A DNA stretch of 64,000 nucleotides. Origin: Myxococcota bacterium (GTDB lineage: Bacteria; Myxococcota_A; UBA9160; SZUA-336). Within the stretch, counting starts at the first letter, position 1. Each line of letters starts with the position of its first letter. This document shows, one piece after another, positions 47,850-57,631 of this stretch. Both the position numbers and the translations under genes were made by a program. Location: contig CBDFGR010000002.1 in the NCBI GenBank assembly GCA_965247115.1, forward strand, positions 2,016,001 through 2,080,000, read 5' to 3'. Below the pieces are notes generated by a model. The model worked only from the letters and a program-made list of their open reading frames with translations. It was not told where the DNA came from and did not search any database.

Positions 47850-48134
47850 ATGCCGATGAAGAATCCCCCGCATCCTGGACAGGTCGTGCGCCGCGCCATC
47901 ACGGAGGGCCTTGGCCTGACCGTTACGGCGGCGGCAAGAGGCTTGGGAGTCTCGCGCAAGCAGCTCACGCAGATCGTGAATGGACATGCAGGAATCTCTC
48001 CGGAGATGGCGATTCGCCTCGAGAAGGGCATTGGAAGTACGGCCCAGGCATGGCTTCGCATGCAGGCCGCTTACGACCTTGCCCAGGCGCAAGGGACGTC
48101 GAAGATCAAGGTGAGAAAGCTGGAACCTGCGTAG
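47850..48134 (+). CDS. higA: HigA family antitoxin (HTH)
   Basis: MKNPPHPG, TVTAAARGLGVSR, GISPEMAIRL, WLRMQAAYDL. Confidence 0.93.
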   Translation: MPMKNPPHPGQVVRRAITEGLGLTVTAAARGLGVSRKQLTQIVNGHAGISPEMAIRLEKGIGSTAQAWLRMQAAYDLAQAQGTSKIKVRKLEPA

Positions 48135-48212
48135 CCGCCATCACGTTCTAGGTGTGCTGCAGCCGTCCGCGTCTTGTCGCTGATACACTGCCACAGCGCA
48201 CAGGAGGTGCAG

Positions 48213-49961
48213 ATGGCTTCCGAGAAATGGAACGAGGTCGGTCGGATCTGGGACGCCGACCACGGTCTGCTGGACCAGGAGCAGGTGAAGCAGTGTCGCC
48301 GCGCCGACGTCTCCGAACCGCTCCGGTCGCCCATCCCCACTCGAATGATCTCGAACGGCGAGTACATGCCAATCGCGCAGACCGACCAGCAGAAACAGGT
48401 CGAAGCGCGACTCGAAGAGCTATCCGACTCCGTGAGCAAGCAGCTCGGGGTCACCCGCCGCCAGTTCCTCGCCAGCTCCGGCGGCGTGGCGGCCGCGCTG
48501 CTTGCCATGAACGATGTGTTCGGTCAGGTATTCCAGGTGAGCCCGGTCGAGATGTTCGAGCCGGCTGCCTTCGCGCAGGCCAGCGTGCCCCGCGACCTGT
48601 TCGTCTTCGATGACCAGCTACACATCGTGCGCGGCAGCCGGCCGTCACCGCTGGCACTGCGCGCCGGGGCGCAAGGGACGTCGTCGGCGCCCGCGTTCGA
48701 CGCGAACCCGAACAACCCCGCGGGGCAGCTGGACGAATTGGGCAACACCTGGAGCAACTGGAATCCCGCTCTGGCTGGCGCGGCGCTCGACCCCCGCTAT
48801 GCCCACATCACGCGGTTCATCAAGGACGTCTATCTGGACAGCCAGGTTACCGTAGGCCTGCTGAGCAACGTGACGGCGTCTCTCGTGCAGATCGGGGAGC
48901 ACCGGCGTCCACCGCGGAACGTGCAGGAAGCGCTTGACGCTGAGATCCTCACCGGGACGCAAACGGCGGCCGCCCGTAATTTCGTCAACGAGATCTCCGG
49001 CTCGACGCGGATGCTCGGCCACGGCCTGCTCTATGTCGGACGCGGTAATCTCGAATACATCCAGCAGCAGACCGACGAGAACGCGCCCGATTCGTGGAAG
49101 GGCTACAACATCTCGAACGCGGCGAAGGTCGACGACGACCCTGACAGCCTGATGCGGCAGTGGCGGCACGACGACGAGGACCTGGCCTATCCGACCTTCG
49201 AGCTGATCCAGAAGAACTACGAGCGGATCAGGGCGAGCAAGCCAGGGTTCAACAACATCTGCGTGCACAAGGGCCTTGCGCCCGGACCGCCCGACCCGCT
49301 TCGCGGCCACCCGGGCGACCTGCCGAAGGCAGCGCGCGACTGGCCGAACCTGAACTTCATCACCTATCACGCGTGCATTCAGCCGAGCTCCTTCTACCGC
49401 GACACGCTCGAGGCGATCCGAGCGGGTCAAACGCGCGGCGGCGTACCCGACATCGCCTGGACGACGGAGTACGCCCAGCTCGTCGGTGACCTGTCCAACT
49501 GCTACGCGGAGATCGGAACGACGTGGGCCTCGAGTGTCGTGACCTTCCCGACGGTCGCGGCACATCTGATGGGGCAACTGATGCGCTTCATGGGCGAGGA
49601 CCGGATCGTCTTCGGTTCGGATTCGGTCTGGTACGGCTCCCCGCAGTGGCAGATCGAGGCGCTGTGGCGGTTCCAGATCCCGGCTGAGCTGCGCCAGCGC
49701 TACGACTACCCGGAGCTGACGGAGACTGCCAAGCGGAAGATCCTGGGACTGAACTCCGCGCGGCTCTACGGGATCCAGTCCACCGAGACCAGCGCGTATC
49801 GGCCCGTGCCAGAGGACTACGAGTCGCGCATGTCGGACGAGCTGAAGACCATCATGGAGTTCGGTCAGTTCACAGGGGACAACATGTCGAAGCTGCGAGA
49901 GACCTACACGGCGCTGAACATCGAGCCAGACCACGTACGGTACGGTTGGATCAGGGTGTGA
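48213..49961 (+). CDS. Amidohydrolase (Amidohydro_2-like) with internal twin-arginine motif
   Basis: ISNGEY, TRRQFL, FDDQLH, WKGY, ICVHKG, ITYHA, YAEIGTTW, FGSDSVWYGSPQWQI, KILGLNSARL; GGAGG RBS. Confidence 0.85.
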   Translation: MASEKWNEVGRIWDADHGLLDQEQVKQCRRADVSEPLRSPIPTRMISNGEYMPIAQTDQQKQVEARLEELSDSVSKQLGVTRRQFLASSGGVAAALLAMNDVFGQVFQVSPVEMFEPAAFAQASVPRDLFVFDDQLHIVRGSRPSPLALRAGAQGTSSAPAFDANPNNPAGQLDELGNTWSNWNPALAGAALDPRYAHITRFIKDVYLDSQVTVGLLSNVTASLVQIGEHRRPPRNVQEALDAEILTGTQTAAARNFVNEISGSTRMLGHGLLYVGRGNLEYIQQQTDENAPDSWKGYNISNAAKVDDDPDSLMRQWRHDDEDLAYPTFELIQKNYERIRASKPGFNNICVHKGLAPGPPDPLRGHPGDLPKAARDWPNLNFITYHACIQPSSFYRDTLEAIRAGQTRGGVPDIAWTTEYAQLVGDLSNCYAEIGTTWASSVVTFPTVAAHLMGQLMRFMGEDRIVFGSDSVWYGSPQWQIEALWRFQIPAELRQRYDYPELTETAKRKILGLNSARLYGIQSTETSAYRPVPEDYESRMSDELKTIMEFGQFTGDNMSKLRETYTALNIEPDHVRYGWIRV

Positions 49962-50009
49962 GGTCAAGACCTGGTAACTTCGCCGCGTAGCGTGATCGGG
50001 AAGATGACC

Positions 50010-50771
50010 ATGGGAAAACTAGAAGGGCGGACTGCGCTTGTAACCGGGGGCAGTCGAGGCATCGGGCGAGCCATTGTTGAGCGCTTCGCACAAGAAGGCG
50101 CCAACGTCGCGGTGAATTTCGCAAGCAATGAATCGGCTGCTAGTGAAGCGGTTGCGTTTGCGGAAGCACAGGGTGTCAAGACCCAGATGTACAAGGCCAA
50201 TGTTGGCGATGAGGACGAGTGTCACCAGATGATTGAGCGCGCCATCGCCGACTTTGGTCAGGTCGATGCCTTGATCAACAATGCTGGTCTGGGTCCGCCC
50301 ATCGATCGACCCACAATCGCGGACGCGACCAACCAGCAGTGGAACAAGCTACTGCGGGTGAACCTATGGGGCCCCATTTATCTGTGCCGGGCACTTGTTC
50401 CTCACATGAGGAAGGCCGATCGCAGCGACATCGTGATGATCTCTTCCACTGCCAGCCAGGCGCTCAACCCTGGGTTCGGTGTCTACTCGGTGAGCAAAGC
50501 CGCACTCGAGGCCATGGCCCACACCCTGGCAAGGGAGGAAAAGCCCCACGGCATGCGTGTAAACATGATCGCACCCGGGCTGGTTGATACGGACATGGGA
50601 AGGCGGATGGTCGAGGCTATGGGATGCGGTTCGAACATCCGTGCTCTCGACGCCAGTATGCCGTTCGGCTTCGTTTGTACTCCCCAGGATATCGCGGCAA
50701 CGGCTGCGCACCTGTGTTCGGAAGACGGCCGTTACATCACGAATCAGCGGATCACGATCACGGGCGACTGA
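50010..50771 (+). CDS. SDR family oxidoreductase (FabG-like)
   Basis: TGGSRGIG, INNAG, YSVSK, NMIAPGLVDTDM. Confidence 0.9.
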   Translation: MGKLEGRTALVTGGSRGIGRAIVERFAQEGANVAVNFASNESAASEAVAFAEAQGVKTQMYKANVGDEDECHQMIERAIADFGQVDALINNAGLGPPIDRPTIADATNQQWNKLLRVNLWGPIYLCRALVPHMRKADRSDIVMISSTASQALNPGFGVYSVSKAALEAMAHTLAREEKPHGMRVNMIAPGLVDTDMGRRMVEAMGCGSNIRALDASMPFGFVCTPQDIAATAAHLCSEDGRYITNQRITITGD

Positions 50772-50822
50772 TTGGTTCCGAGTGACAGGAATCGAATTGA
50801 CGAATCGAAAGGTGCGACACCC

Positions 50823-51854
50823 ATGCGACGCGTGAAGCTCGGAGGACCGAACGGCCTGGAGGTCTCTCAGTGCGGAATGGGCGTCATGAGCCTGACGGCG
50901 TACTACGGCGACCCGATACCGGACGAGGACGCCATCGAGCTCATTCAGAAGGCGGTCGAGAGCGGCTGCACGTTCTTCGACACTGCGGAGGCCTACGTCG
51001 CGGAGCATCCGGTCACCAAAGAGTTGCTGTGGAATGAAGAGATCCTCGGCAAGGCCGTCGCGACCATCGGGCGGGACAAGGTGGAAATCGGCACCAAGTT
51101 TGGGGGCAAGTCAGCGATGACCGGTCCCGCCAAGGGCGACCACATGAAACAAGCCTGCCACACCGCTTTGAAGCGCCTGCAGACCGACACGATCGACCTC
51201 TATTACCTCCACCGCGTCGACCCGAAGGTGCCGATCGAGGAGACCGTGGAGACGATTGCCGAGCTCGTCCGGGAGGGTGCGGTGAAGCACATCGGGCTCA
51301 GCGAAGCCTCTCCGGAGCTCATCCGGCGTGCGCACGCAGTTCACCCGATCGCGTGCGTGCAACAGGAATGGTCGCTCTACACGCGGGACCTGGAAGAGGA
51401 CATCGTCCCGGTCTGCAAGGAGCTCGGCATCGGCATCGTCCCGTACTCGCCGCTCGGCCGCGGTTTTCTCAGCGACGACATGGTCACGCCGGCGAACGAC
51501 ACACGGCAGTACTTCCCGAGGCTCACGGGAAGGGCTTTCGAGGCCAACAAGGTACTCCGGGCCGAGGTCGAGGCGATGGCCAAGGCCAAGGGGTGCTACA
51601 CGGCTCAGCTGGCGCTCGCGTGGCTCTGGGCGCAAGGGGAGAAGCTCGGCGTCGACGTCGTGCCCATCCCCGGCACGACCAAGATCGAGAACATGCAGAG
51701 CAACTGCCGCGCGCTGAGTGTGCCGATCTCCGATGTTGAGTTCGTCGAGCTCTCCAGCGCTTTCGACGGCGTAGTCGGAGAGCGGGGCTTCAAGGCGTAC
51801 ATGGACAGAACCTACAGAGCGGGCGGCGCCGGTCTACCGCGGATAGAGGAGTAA
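50823..51854 (+). CDS. Aldo/keto reductase
   Basis: FFDTAEAY, GTKFG, IDLYYLHRVD, IGLSE, PYSPLGRG, IPGT. Confidence 0.92.
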   Translation: MRRVKLGGPNGLEVSQCGMGVMSLTAYYGDPIPDEDAIELIQKAVESGCTFFDTAEAYVAEHPVTKELLWNEEILGKAVATIGRDKVEIGTKFGGKSAMTGPAKGDHMKQACHTALKRLQTDTIDLYYLHRVDPKVPIEETVETIAELVREGAVKHIGLSEASPELIRRAHAVHPIACVQQEWSLYTRDLEEDIVPVCKELGIGIVPYSPLGRGFLSDDMVTPANDTRQYFPRLTGRAFEANKVLRAEVEAMAKAKGCYTAQLALAWLWAQGEKLGVDVVPIPGTTKIENMQSNCRALSVPISDVEFVELSSAFDGVVGERGFKAYMDRTYRAGGAGLPRIEE

Positions 51855-51949
51855 GACGAGGTCTGCGCCTGGCGACCCGACGGGGGCCTCTCGTACGAGG
51901 ATGGATTGTGGTCCGTCTCGCCTTCTGGCATCAGCGGACAAGTTGCAAG

Positions 51950-52963
51950 TCAGGCGTCGGGCAAGCGCCGAACGATCGAAATCCACTGCGGCTGCGTCAC
52001 GCTCCACATTCCCTTGCGGGGTCCGTCGTCCTCGATTCGCAGATCGACCGCCTTCGACTCGTGGCGCAGTAGGTCGGCAGCCACGTCGAACTTCGCCAGA
52101 TCCTCCACGGACGACAGGACCGCGATCGACGAGAGCGCGATGAGGTCGGCGAGGCTGTGTCCGTAGAGGCGGCTCGGCTGGTAAACCGCTTCGAGCTTGG
52201 CTTCGGCACCTACAGCACGTAGTTGATCGAGGATCCCACCGCCGCCTTCGGCGGGGGAGGCCAGCAGGCGGCGCCGCGCACGAATCGCGGAAAGATGCGA
52301 TGGGTTGTCGCCCGTATCTCCGCCGGAATCGATGAAGGACTTCAGTACAAGGCCGGTGTAGCCATCCGTCTCGTCAGCGAAGACGCAGAACAAGGCCCCT
52401 CCCGGTTTCAGGAAACGGACCATTCGTGTGAGGCCGGCACTGAGATCGTTCAGGAAATAGATCATGTGAAGAGCCAGGCAGAGATCGATGCTGTCGTCTG
52501 CAGGAAGCGGCGAATCTGTCCGCTCGGCGGCCTTGTCTATTTCATCGAAGCCGGCAACGAGTGCCATCCCGAGTCGCAGGTGGGGCTGGGTCTGGAGAAA
52601 CGCTCGGTAGTCCGCGATGTAGTTCGGGTTGGGCTCCTCGATGGACACCCGCACGCCCTCGGGCACCACACCGGCCACGAGCGCGAAAGTCTGTCCGTCG
52701 CCGGCACCCAGGTCGAGGATGTGGCCAGCGCGGGGGACGAACTTCTCGATGGATCGACACAGCTCCCGGACGAACCCGTCGCGCTGGTCGGTCCCCATCA
52801 TGCGGACTCTGTCCAGGGGATCTGACTTCAGCAGTCGAGCAAAGGCGTTGCGATATTGCTGGTGCGGATTGAGCCCCTTGAACTCGTTGTGTACGAGCTC
52901 GAGGGCTTCTTCGAAGCGGGATGCGAGAGCTTCGGCCTTTGCTTGATCAATCTGGATCGGCAT
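51950..52963 (-). CDS. Class I SAM-dependent methyltransferase
   Basis: ILDLGAGDG, EEPN, DLCLALHMIYF, FLKPGGAL. Confidence 0.82.
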   Translation of the reverse strand: MPIQIDQAKAEALASRFEEALELVHNEFKGLNPHQQYRNAFARLLKSDPLDRVRMMGTDQRDGFVRELCRSIEKFVPRAGHILDLGAGDGQTFALVAGVVPEGVRVSIEEPNPNYIADYRAFLQTQPHLRLGMALVAGFDEIDKAAERTDSPLPADDSIDLCLALHMIYFLNDLSAGLTRMVRFLKPGGALFCVFADETDGYTGLVLKSFIDSGGDTGDNPSHLSAIRARRRLLASPAEGGGGILDQLRAVGAEAKLEAVYQPSRLYGHSLADLIALSSIAVLSSVEDLAKFDVAADLLRHESKAVDLRIEDDGPRKGMWSVTQPQWISIVRRLPDA

Positions 52964-53044
52964 GGTCCTCCCACGTGGTGATCCGAGACTTGCTGGGAAC
53001 AGGACTTGACCCCGCGGCGAGCTTCTGCTTACCGGAACGAAAGC

Positions 53045-54481
53045 TCACGGCGTTGGAGGTACGTTGACGTTTCGGCGGAACACATTGTCCGGATCGAATC
53101 GTCGTTTGATCGATGCGAGTCGGGCGTAGTTCACCTGATAGACTTCCTCGGTCGCCTGTTTGCCTTCCGCGCTCGAATAGTTGGCATACGCTCGTTGGCT
53201 CGTGAACCTCTGGAGCGCCGACCAGGTCTCGTCAATCCAGGTGCGTATCCCGCGTTCGGCCGCGGTTCGTTCCCAGGTCGCGTGGGCCCAAACGTGAAGT
53301 CCTCCGGGCGACCGCAGTTCGAAAGCCGTCACCTCCGGTGAAACTCGGCAAACGGCGCCATGCATATAGTGATCGAGCCCAATGCCGACGCGTCGAGGAG
53401 CCTTCGCCATCTGCTCGAGGATTACATCGATCGCATCGGGCGTCAGACGCGGAAGGTAAGTGCCTTTTTCGGCCGCGAACTCATTGTTACTTCCTGGCAG
53501 GTCGATGTCCCGAAAGGCCTTCCGCTTCACGGTATCGTCTTGAACAGTGGCGATCGAGCGGAACTGGCGCGTGGCATCTTCGCCACGCTGCCAGTCCCCC
53601 GACCAACACATCCTGATTCGAACAATCGGCTCATCGTGGTTGCGCAAGATCACAATGGCCTGAAGCTCATCCGATGCTTGTGCCATGATCTCTCCAAAGG
53701 CGTGAAGCACCGCGCGTGCATCGGCCATGCGATAGGACAGTTCTCCGGCGGTCACGTGGTTGATTGCATGCAATCGATGCGTAAGCGAGGTGACGACGCC
53801 GAAGTTGCCGCCGCCGCCACGGACCGCCCAAAACAGGTCGGGGTTCTCCTTGGCGCTCGCCTCCAACGCGAGCCCTTCGGCCGTCATGATCTGGGTCGAC
53901 ACGAGGTTGTCACACGTCGCGCCGAATCGACCGGAAAGCCAGCCCAGCCCTCCGCCGAGGGTGAGACCCGCCACGCCGACGGTCGGACATTGGCCGATGA
54001 CCGCAGCCAGTCCGTGTTCCCCGGCGGCAGTCGTGACGTCGCCCGAGAGTACGCCACCACCCGTGCGAATGGTTTGCTCTATCGGATCGACGATGATCTC
54101 CCGCATCGACCGGGTGTCGATGACGATCCCGCGATCGCACATGCTCCATCCCGTGAAACTGTGCCCCCCGCTCCGCACGGCGAGAGGGAGCTCGTGCTGC
54201 CTCGCGAATTCGATGGCACGGGCGACGTCGTCTTGCCCGGCGCAGCGAGCGATGATGGCCGGGCGCTTGTCCGTCGACGCATTGTGGTTGATCAATTTGC
54301 GTGTGGCGTCGTAGCGCGCATCATCCGGCCGGATCAACTGGCCCTCGAAGGTCGACTGTAGCCTCCTCACCGCATCGGGGCCGGGGCTCGTATGGACGCT
54401 TTGGCGGGTGCGGCAGTTTCCGGCCGCAAGAACACCGCAGGCCATCAGCCCGTGTTGAATGAACTCACGACGGGTCTTCAT
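53045..54481 (-). CDS. Tat-exported FAD-linked oxidase (BBE/VAO family)
   Basis: MKTRREFI Tat motif, VRSGGHS, GQCPTVG, DLFWAVRGGGGNFGVV, YANY, KRRFDPDNVFRRN. Confidence 0.9.
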   Translation of the reverse strand: MKTRREFIQHGLMACGVLAAGNCRTRQSVHTSPGPDAVRRLQSTFEGQLIRPDDARYDATRKLINHNASTDKRPAIIARCAGQDDVARAIEFARQHELPLAVRSGGHSFTGWSMCDRGIVIDTRSMREIIVDPIEQTIRTGGGVLSGDVTTAAGEHGLAAVIGQCPTVGVAGLTLGGGLGWLSGRFGATCDNLVSTQIMTAEGLALEASAKENPDLFWAVRGGGGNFGVVTSLTHRLHAINHVTAGELSYRMADARAVLHAFGEIMAQASDELQAIVILRNHDEPIVRIRMCWSGDWQRGEDATRQFRSIATVQDDTVKRKAFRDIDLPGSNNEFAAEKGTYLPRLTPDAIDVILEQMAKAPRRVGIGLDHYMHGAVCRVSPEVTAFELRSPGGLHVWAHATWERTAAERGIRTWIDETWSALQRFTSQRAYANYSSAEGKQATEEVYQVNYARLASIKRRFDPDNVFRRNVNVPPTP

Positions 54482-54710
54482 GATGGAGGTTCCCAGGTCA
54501 TACGAGAAACCCCCCGGGATGTAAAGAGAACGGTCTCTACCGCCCCCCGCCGGTGCTCTGCGCGAAAGGCCAGCGCGTATAATGTCCCAGACGGGCGAGC
54601 ACCGGCGCCAGCCGAGCTTCACGCTGCAGGAGGGCGGGCCTCGTGGTCCTGGAAGAGGTGTTGTGGCGGGAGACGAACCATATCCCAGTGATGCGAAGGA
54701 GGCCTGGAAC

Positions 54711-55385
54711 ATGAAGATCAACCTTGACGCCCTGCTCGTGAGCCTGCTCGCTGGGGGCCTGTTGGCTCTGCTCGGAGCCTGCACGACGGTCGAGCAAGCG
54801 CCAGACGTCAGCTTCGACGGGCTGCATCGGGTTGTGGACAGTGAGCTGGGTCTGGTCTACGCCACCCCCGGGCTCGATCTTGACGGCTACGACAAAGTGG
54901 GGATCCTGGAGGTGGAGGTCGCGTTCAAGAAGAACTGGCGGAGGCAGCAGCTCGGCATCACCAGCAGCGACATGGAGAAGATCAAGCGCAACGTCGCAGC
55001 GACCTTCCGCTCGGTATTCGTGGAAGAGCTGGAGTCGGCAGGATACGAGATCGTCGGACAGAGAGGGGAGGACGTGCTCGTGGTGCGCCCCAGGATTCTC
55101 GACCTCGTCGTGACCGCGCCTGACACCAGGGCGGGCTCGGACGTGACGCACACGACCTCGACCGGCGAGGCGACCGTGCTCATCGAGCTCTACGACTCGG
55201 TGACGGGCGACATCCTCGCGCGCGCGGTGGATCGGCGCCGGTTAAGAGGCTCCCGGTTCGACGCGAACGCCGTCACAAACAGCGCGGACGCCAAGCGCAT
55301 CTTCAAGATCTGGGCGGTCGCGTTGCGCGAGGGTCTCGACAGCGTTCGTGGCGACGTCGACGTTGCCGCCGGAGTCCCCGAGTAG
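54711..55385 (+). CDS. DUF3313-like lipoprotein
   Basis: Lipobox LLGAC, SFDGL, LVVTAPD, ELYDSVTGDILARAVDRR; AAGGAGG RBS. Confidence 0.75.
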   Translation: MKINLDALLVSLLAGGLLALLGACTTVEQAPDVSFDGLHRVVDSELGLVYATPGLDLDGYDKVGILEVEVAFKKNWRRQQLGITSSDMEKIKRNVAATFRSVFVEELESAGYEIVGQRGEDVLVVRPRILDLVVTAPDTRAGSDVTHTTSTGEATVLIELYDSVTGDILARAVDRRRLRGSRFDANAVTNSADAKRIFKIWAVALREGLDSVRGDVDVAAGVPE

Positions 55386-55613
55386 ATCGCCTAGCTCCCC
55401 GGACTACCCCGGCGCCAACCGAGGAGCCCCGCGTGCACCTGGGCGACCCGCCGCAAGCGGGGAGTGCGATCCGTATGGGTTCCTCGAGGAGGCGCTTGTC
55501 GAGCTACTGAAGGCGAACGTGCGCTACGGACGCCCGGCGACAGAGATCCCGTGGGCACCGGTTCGTTCCCTGAGGCCCGAACTCGATCAATCGACCGAAC
55601 TAAACGGCCCGCC

Positions 55614-56423
55614 CTACTGGCGCGCGGCGAGGGGAGAGGTCGAGCGATCGATCCACTGCGACTGGAGCCCCGCCGTGAGGCCGCCGTCGACGATCAAGTG
55701 TTGGCCATTGAGCCAGCCGTGGTCACCGATCGCGAGCCACGTGAGCACTTCGGCGATGTCGTCGGGCTGGCCGCGGCGACCGACCTGCTCGTTCAGCCAC
55801 CGCATCTGATCTTCGCCTACCTGAGAGGTGAAGTCGGGAAAGATTGGGGTCTCGACGGGGCCGGGTCCGACGTCGTTGACCTGAATGCCCCGCTGGAGGC
55901 CGCGTCCGGCGAGCCGCATGGTGTAGACCACCACCGCCTCCTTCGAGAAGGTGTAGGGGTCGGTCCCGCAGTCTCGGCCGTTCTCCGCCCACCACGCCGC
56001 CCCGGCGGCAAAGTCGAGCGTGTCGAGGAGCTGAGTGTGTAGCGGGAAGCGTTTCTTCCACTGGTTGCCCGCGATCGACGCCACGTTGACGACGGTGCCG
56101 CCGTCGTCGATACGATCCCAGAGCGCGTCGGTGAGGTGACGCAGGCCGAGGGTGTTCACGGCGATCACCTTGTCGGGCGGGAGCGTACCCGGCACGCCTG
56201 CGATGTTGAGCAGCGAGGCGTACGGGCCGGGCAGCTGCTTCGCCACCGCATCGATCGACGCCGGATCTGAGAGATCGCAGGCGTAGTGCGCCGCGGCGAC
56301 GGTCGGGGCCTCTTTGATGTCGAGGCTGATCACCTCGCGGCCGGCCTCAGCCAGACGCGTGGCGGTCGCGGCGCCGATGCCGGTGGAAGCGCCGGTGACG
56401 ATGATGGGGCCTTCGGTCGCCAT
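55614..56423 (-). CDS. SDR, coniferyl-alcohol / 3-alpha-hydroxysteroid dehydrogenase-like
   Basis: VTGASTGIG, NIAGVPGT, NVASIAG, YTFSK, PGPVETPI, VDGG. Confidence 0.88.
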   Translation of the reverse strand: MATEGPIIVTGASTGIGAATATRLAEAGREVISLDIKEAPTVAAAHYACDLSDPASIDAVAKQLPGPYASLLNIAGVPGTLPPDKVIAVNTLGLRHLTDALWDRIDDGGTVVNVASIAGNQWKKRFPLHTQLLDTLDFAAGAAWWAENGRDCGTDPYTFSKEAVVVYTMRLAGRGLQRGIQVNDVGPGPVETPIFPDFTSQVGEDQMRWLNEQVGRRGQPDDIAEVLTWLAIGDHGWLNGQHLIVDGGLTAGLQSQWIDRSTSPLAARQ

Positions 56424-56716
56424 GGGGGGTCCTCCTGTCGCTTACTATGCCGCGATCGCGGGTGCTTGTCTTTGGCGGCGCACCCAGGGATCGACCAGCG
56501 CGATGGAGTCGTGGTTCGCGCCGCGCGTACCGGGGAGCATGGATGTTGAACCTGATCCAGCGCCGCGGCAGGTGCTTGCAAGGTCGTTGGGGGCCCTGAG
56601 GTTGTACGCCGCGATTCGGCGCGTTGGTGGGAGCCGGCGGTCGACGGCCGAAGCTGCGACGAGATTGTCTAGGATTGCCGAGCCGTCTACCATACCCGGA
56701 AGGGGGAGGATTCGCG

Positions 56717-57631
56717 ATGTCAACGAGTATCGCTACGGCCGCTTCGCTCGGGCGAGGGCCCCAGCACTTCTCTGGGTCGGCCGACCTTTTGGAGATCCGC
56801 GAGGCGCTCGACCGGGACGGTCTCATCGTGCTGCGGGACGTGATCGACTCGAGTTTGGTCGCGCGGATCAACGCGGAGCTCGACCCTCTGCTGACCGAGA
56901 CATCTCTCGGATGTGAGCACGCCGATGAGGAGATGGGGGAATTCCTGGGGCATCAGACCAAGCGCCTCAACGAGACGCTCACCCGATCGCCTTCCATCAC
57001 GCAGCATCTCGTCGCTCATCCGCGCGTCGTCGAGGTGGCCGAATCTGTCCTCAAGGAACACTGCACCTCCATCCTCGTGCACCAGAGCCAGGTGTTCGAG
57101 CAATACCCGGGGGAGACCGCGCAACCGTTCCACCGCGACGACGGTCTGTGGCCGGTCGAAGGGGCGCGATTTCCGATGAGCATGACTGCGTTTTTCGCAC
57201 TGGGCGAATACACGGCCGATGTGGGCGCGACGCGCGCACTCCTGGGCAGCCACCGCTGGCCGCAGGCCCTCCACTACGAACCGAAGCGCGAAGGCGGCTG
57301 GGGACGATACAACCGGCCCCCGCGCAAGCCCGCACCCGAGGAGATCGCGGTCGTGGAGATGCCGCCGGGCTCTGCGGCGATCTGGGTTGGTCCCCTCCTC
57401 CACGCGGGTGGCGCCAACATCACCGCGGACCGCGTGCGCCGCGGCTTCATCATGGCCTACTCCCTCGGATGGCTGCGCGGCGAGCTCAACCAGCAGCTCA
57501 TGTGGCCCCCCGAGGTGGCGCGACACTTTCCCCGCGAGGTGCAGAGGCTGATCGGCTACGCTGTCGAGGCCCCGCTCATCGGTTGCCTCGAGATGGGGCA
57601 GGATCCGATCGTCCTGCTCGAAGGCGCCTAG
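56717..57631 (+). CDS. Phytanoyl-CoA dioxygenase family Fe(II)/2-oxoglutarate enzyme
   Basis: PGETAQPFHRDD, GATR..GSHRW, HAGGAN, YSLGWLR. Confidence 0.88.
   Translation: MSTSIATAASLGRGPQHFSGSADLLEIREALDRDGLIVLRDVIDSSLVARINAELDPLLTETSLGCEHADEEMGEFLGHQTKRLNETLTRSPSITQHLVAHPRVVEVAESVLKEHCTSILVHQSQVFEQYPGETAQPFHRDDGLWPVEGARFPMSMTAFFALGEYTADVGATRALLGSHRWPQALHYEPKREGGWGRYNRPPRKPAPEEIAVVEMPPGSAAIWVGPLLHAGGANITADRVRRGFIMAYSLGWLRGELNQQLMWPPEVARHFPREVQRLIGYAVEAPLIGCLEMGQDPIVLLEGA

Noticed and set aside
54578..54700. Riboswitch or ncRNA in the leader after TATAAT (54578)
   Set aside because: No recognisable aptamer consensus or terminator; would need an Rfam search
56424..56716. Transposase remnant (AYNLR on minus strand)
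   Set aside because: Five-residue match only, with no DDE motif or terminal inverted repeats
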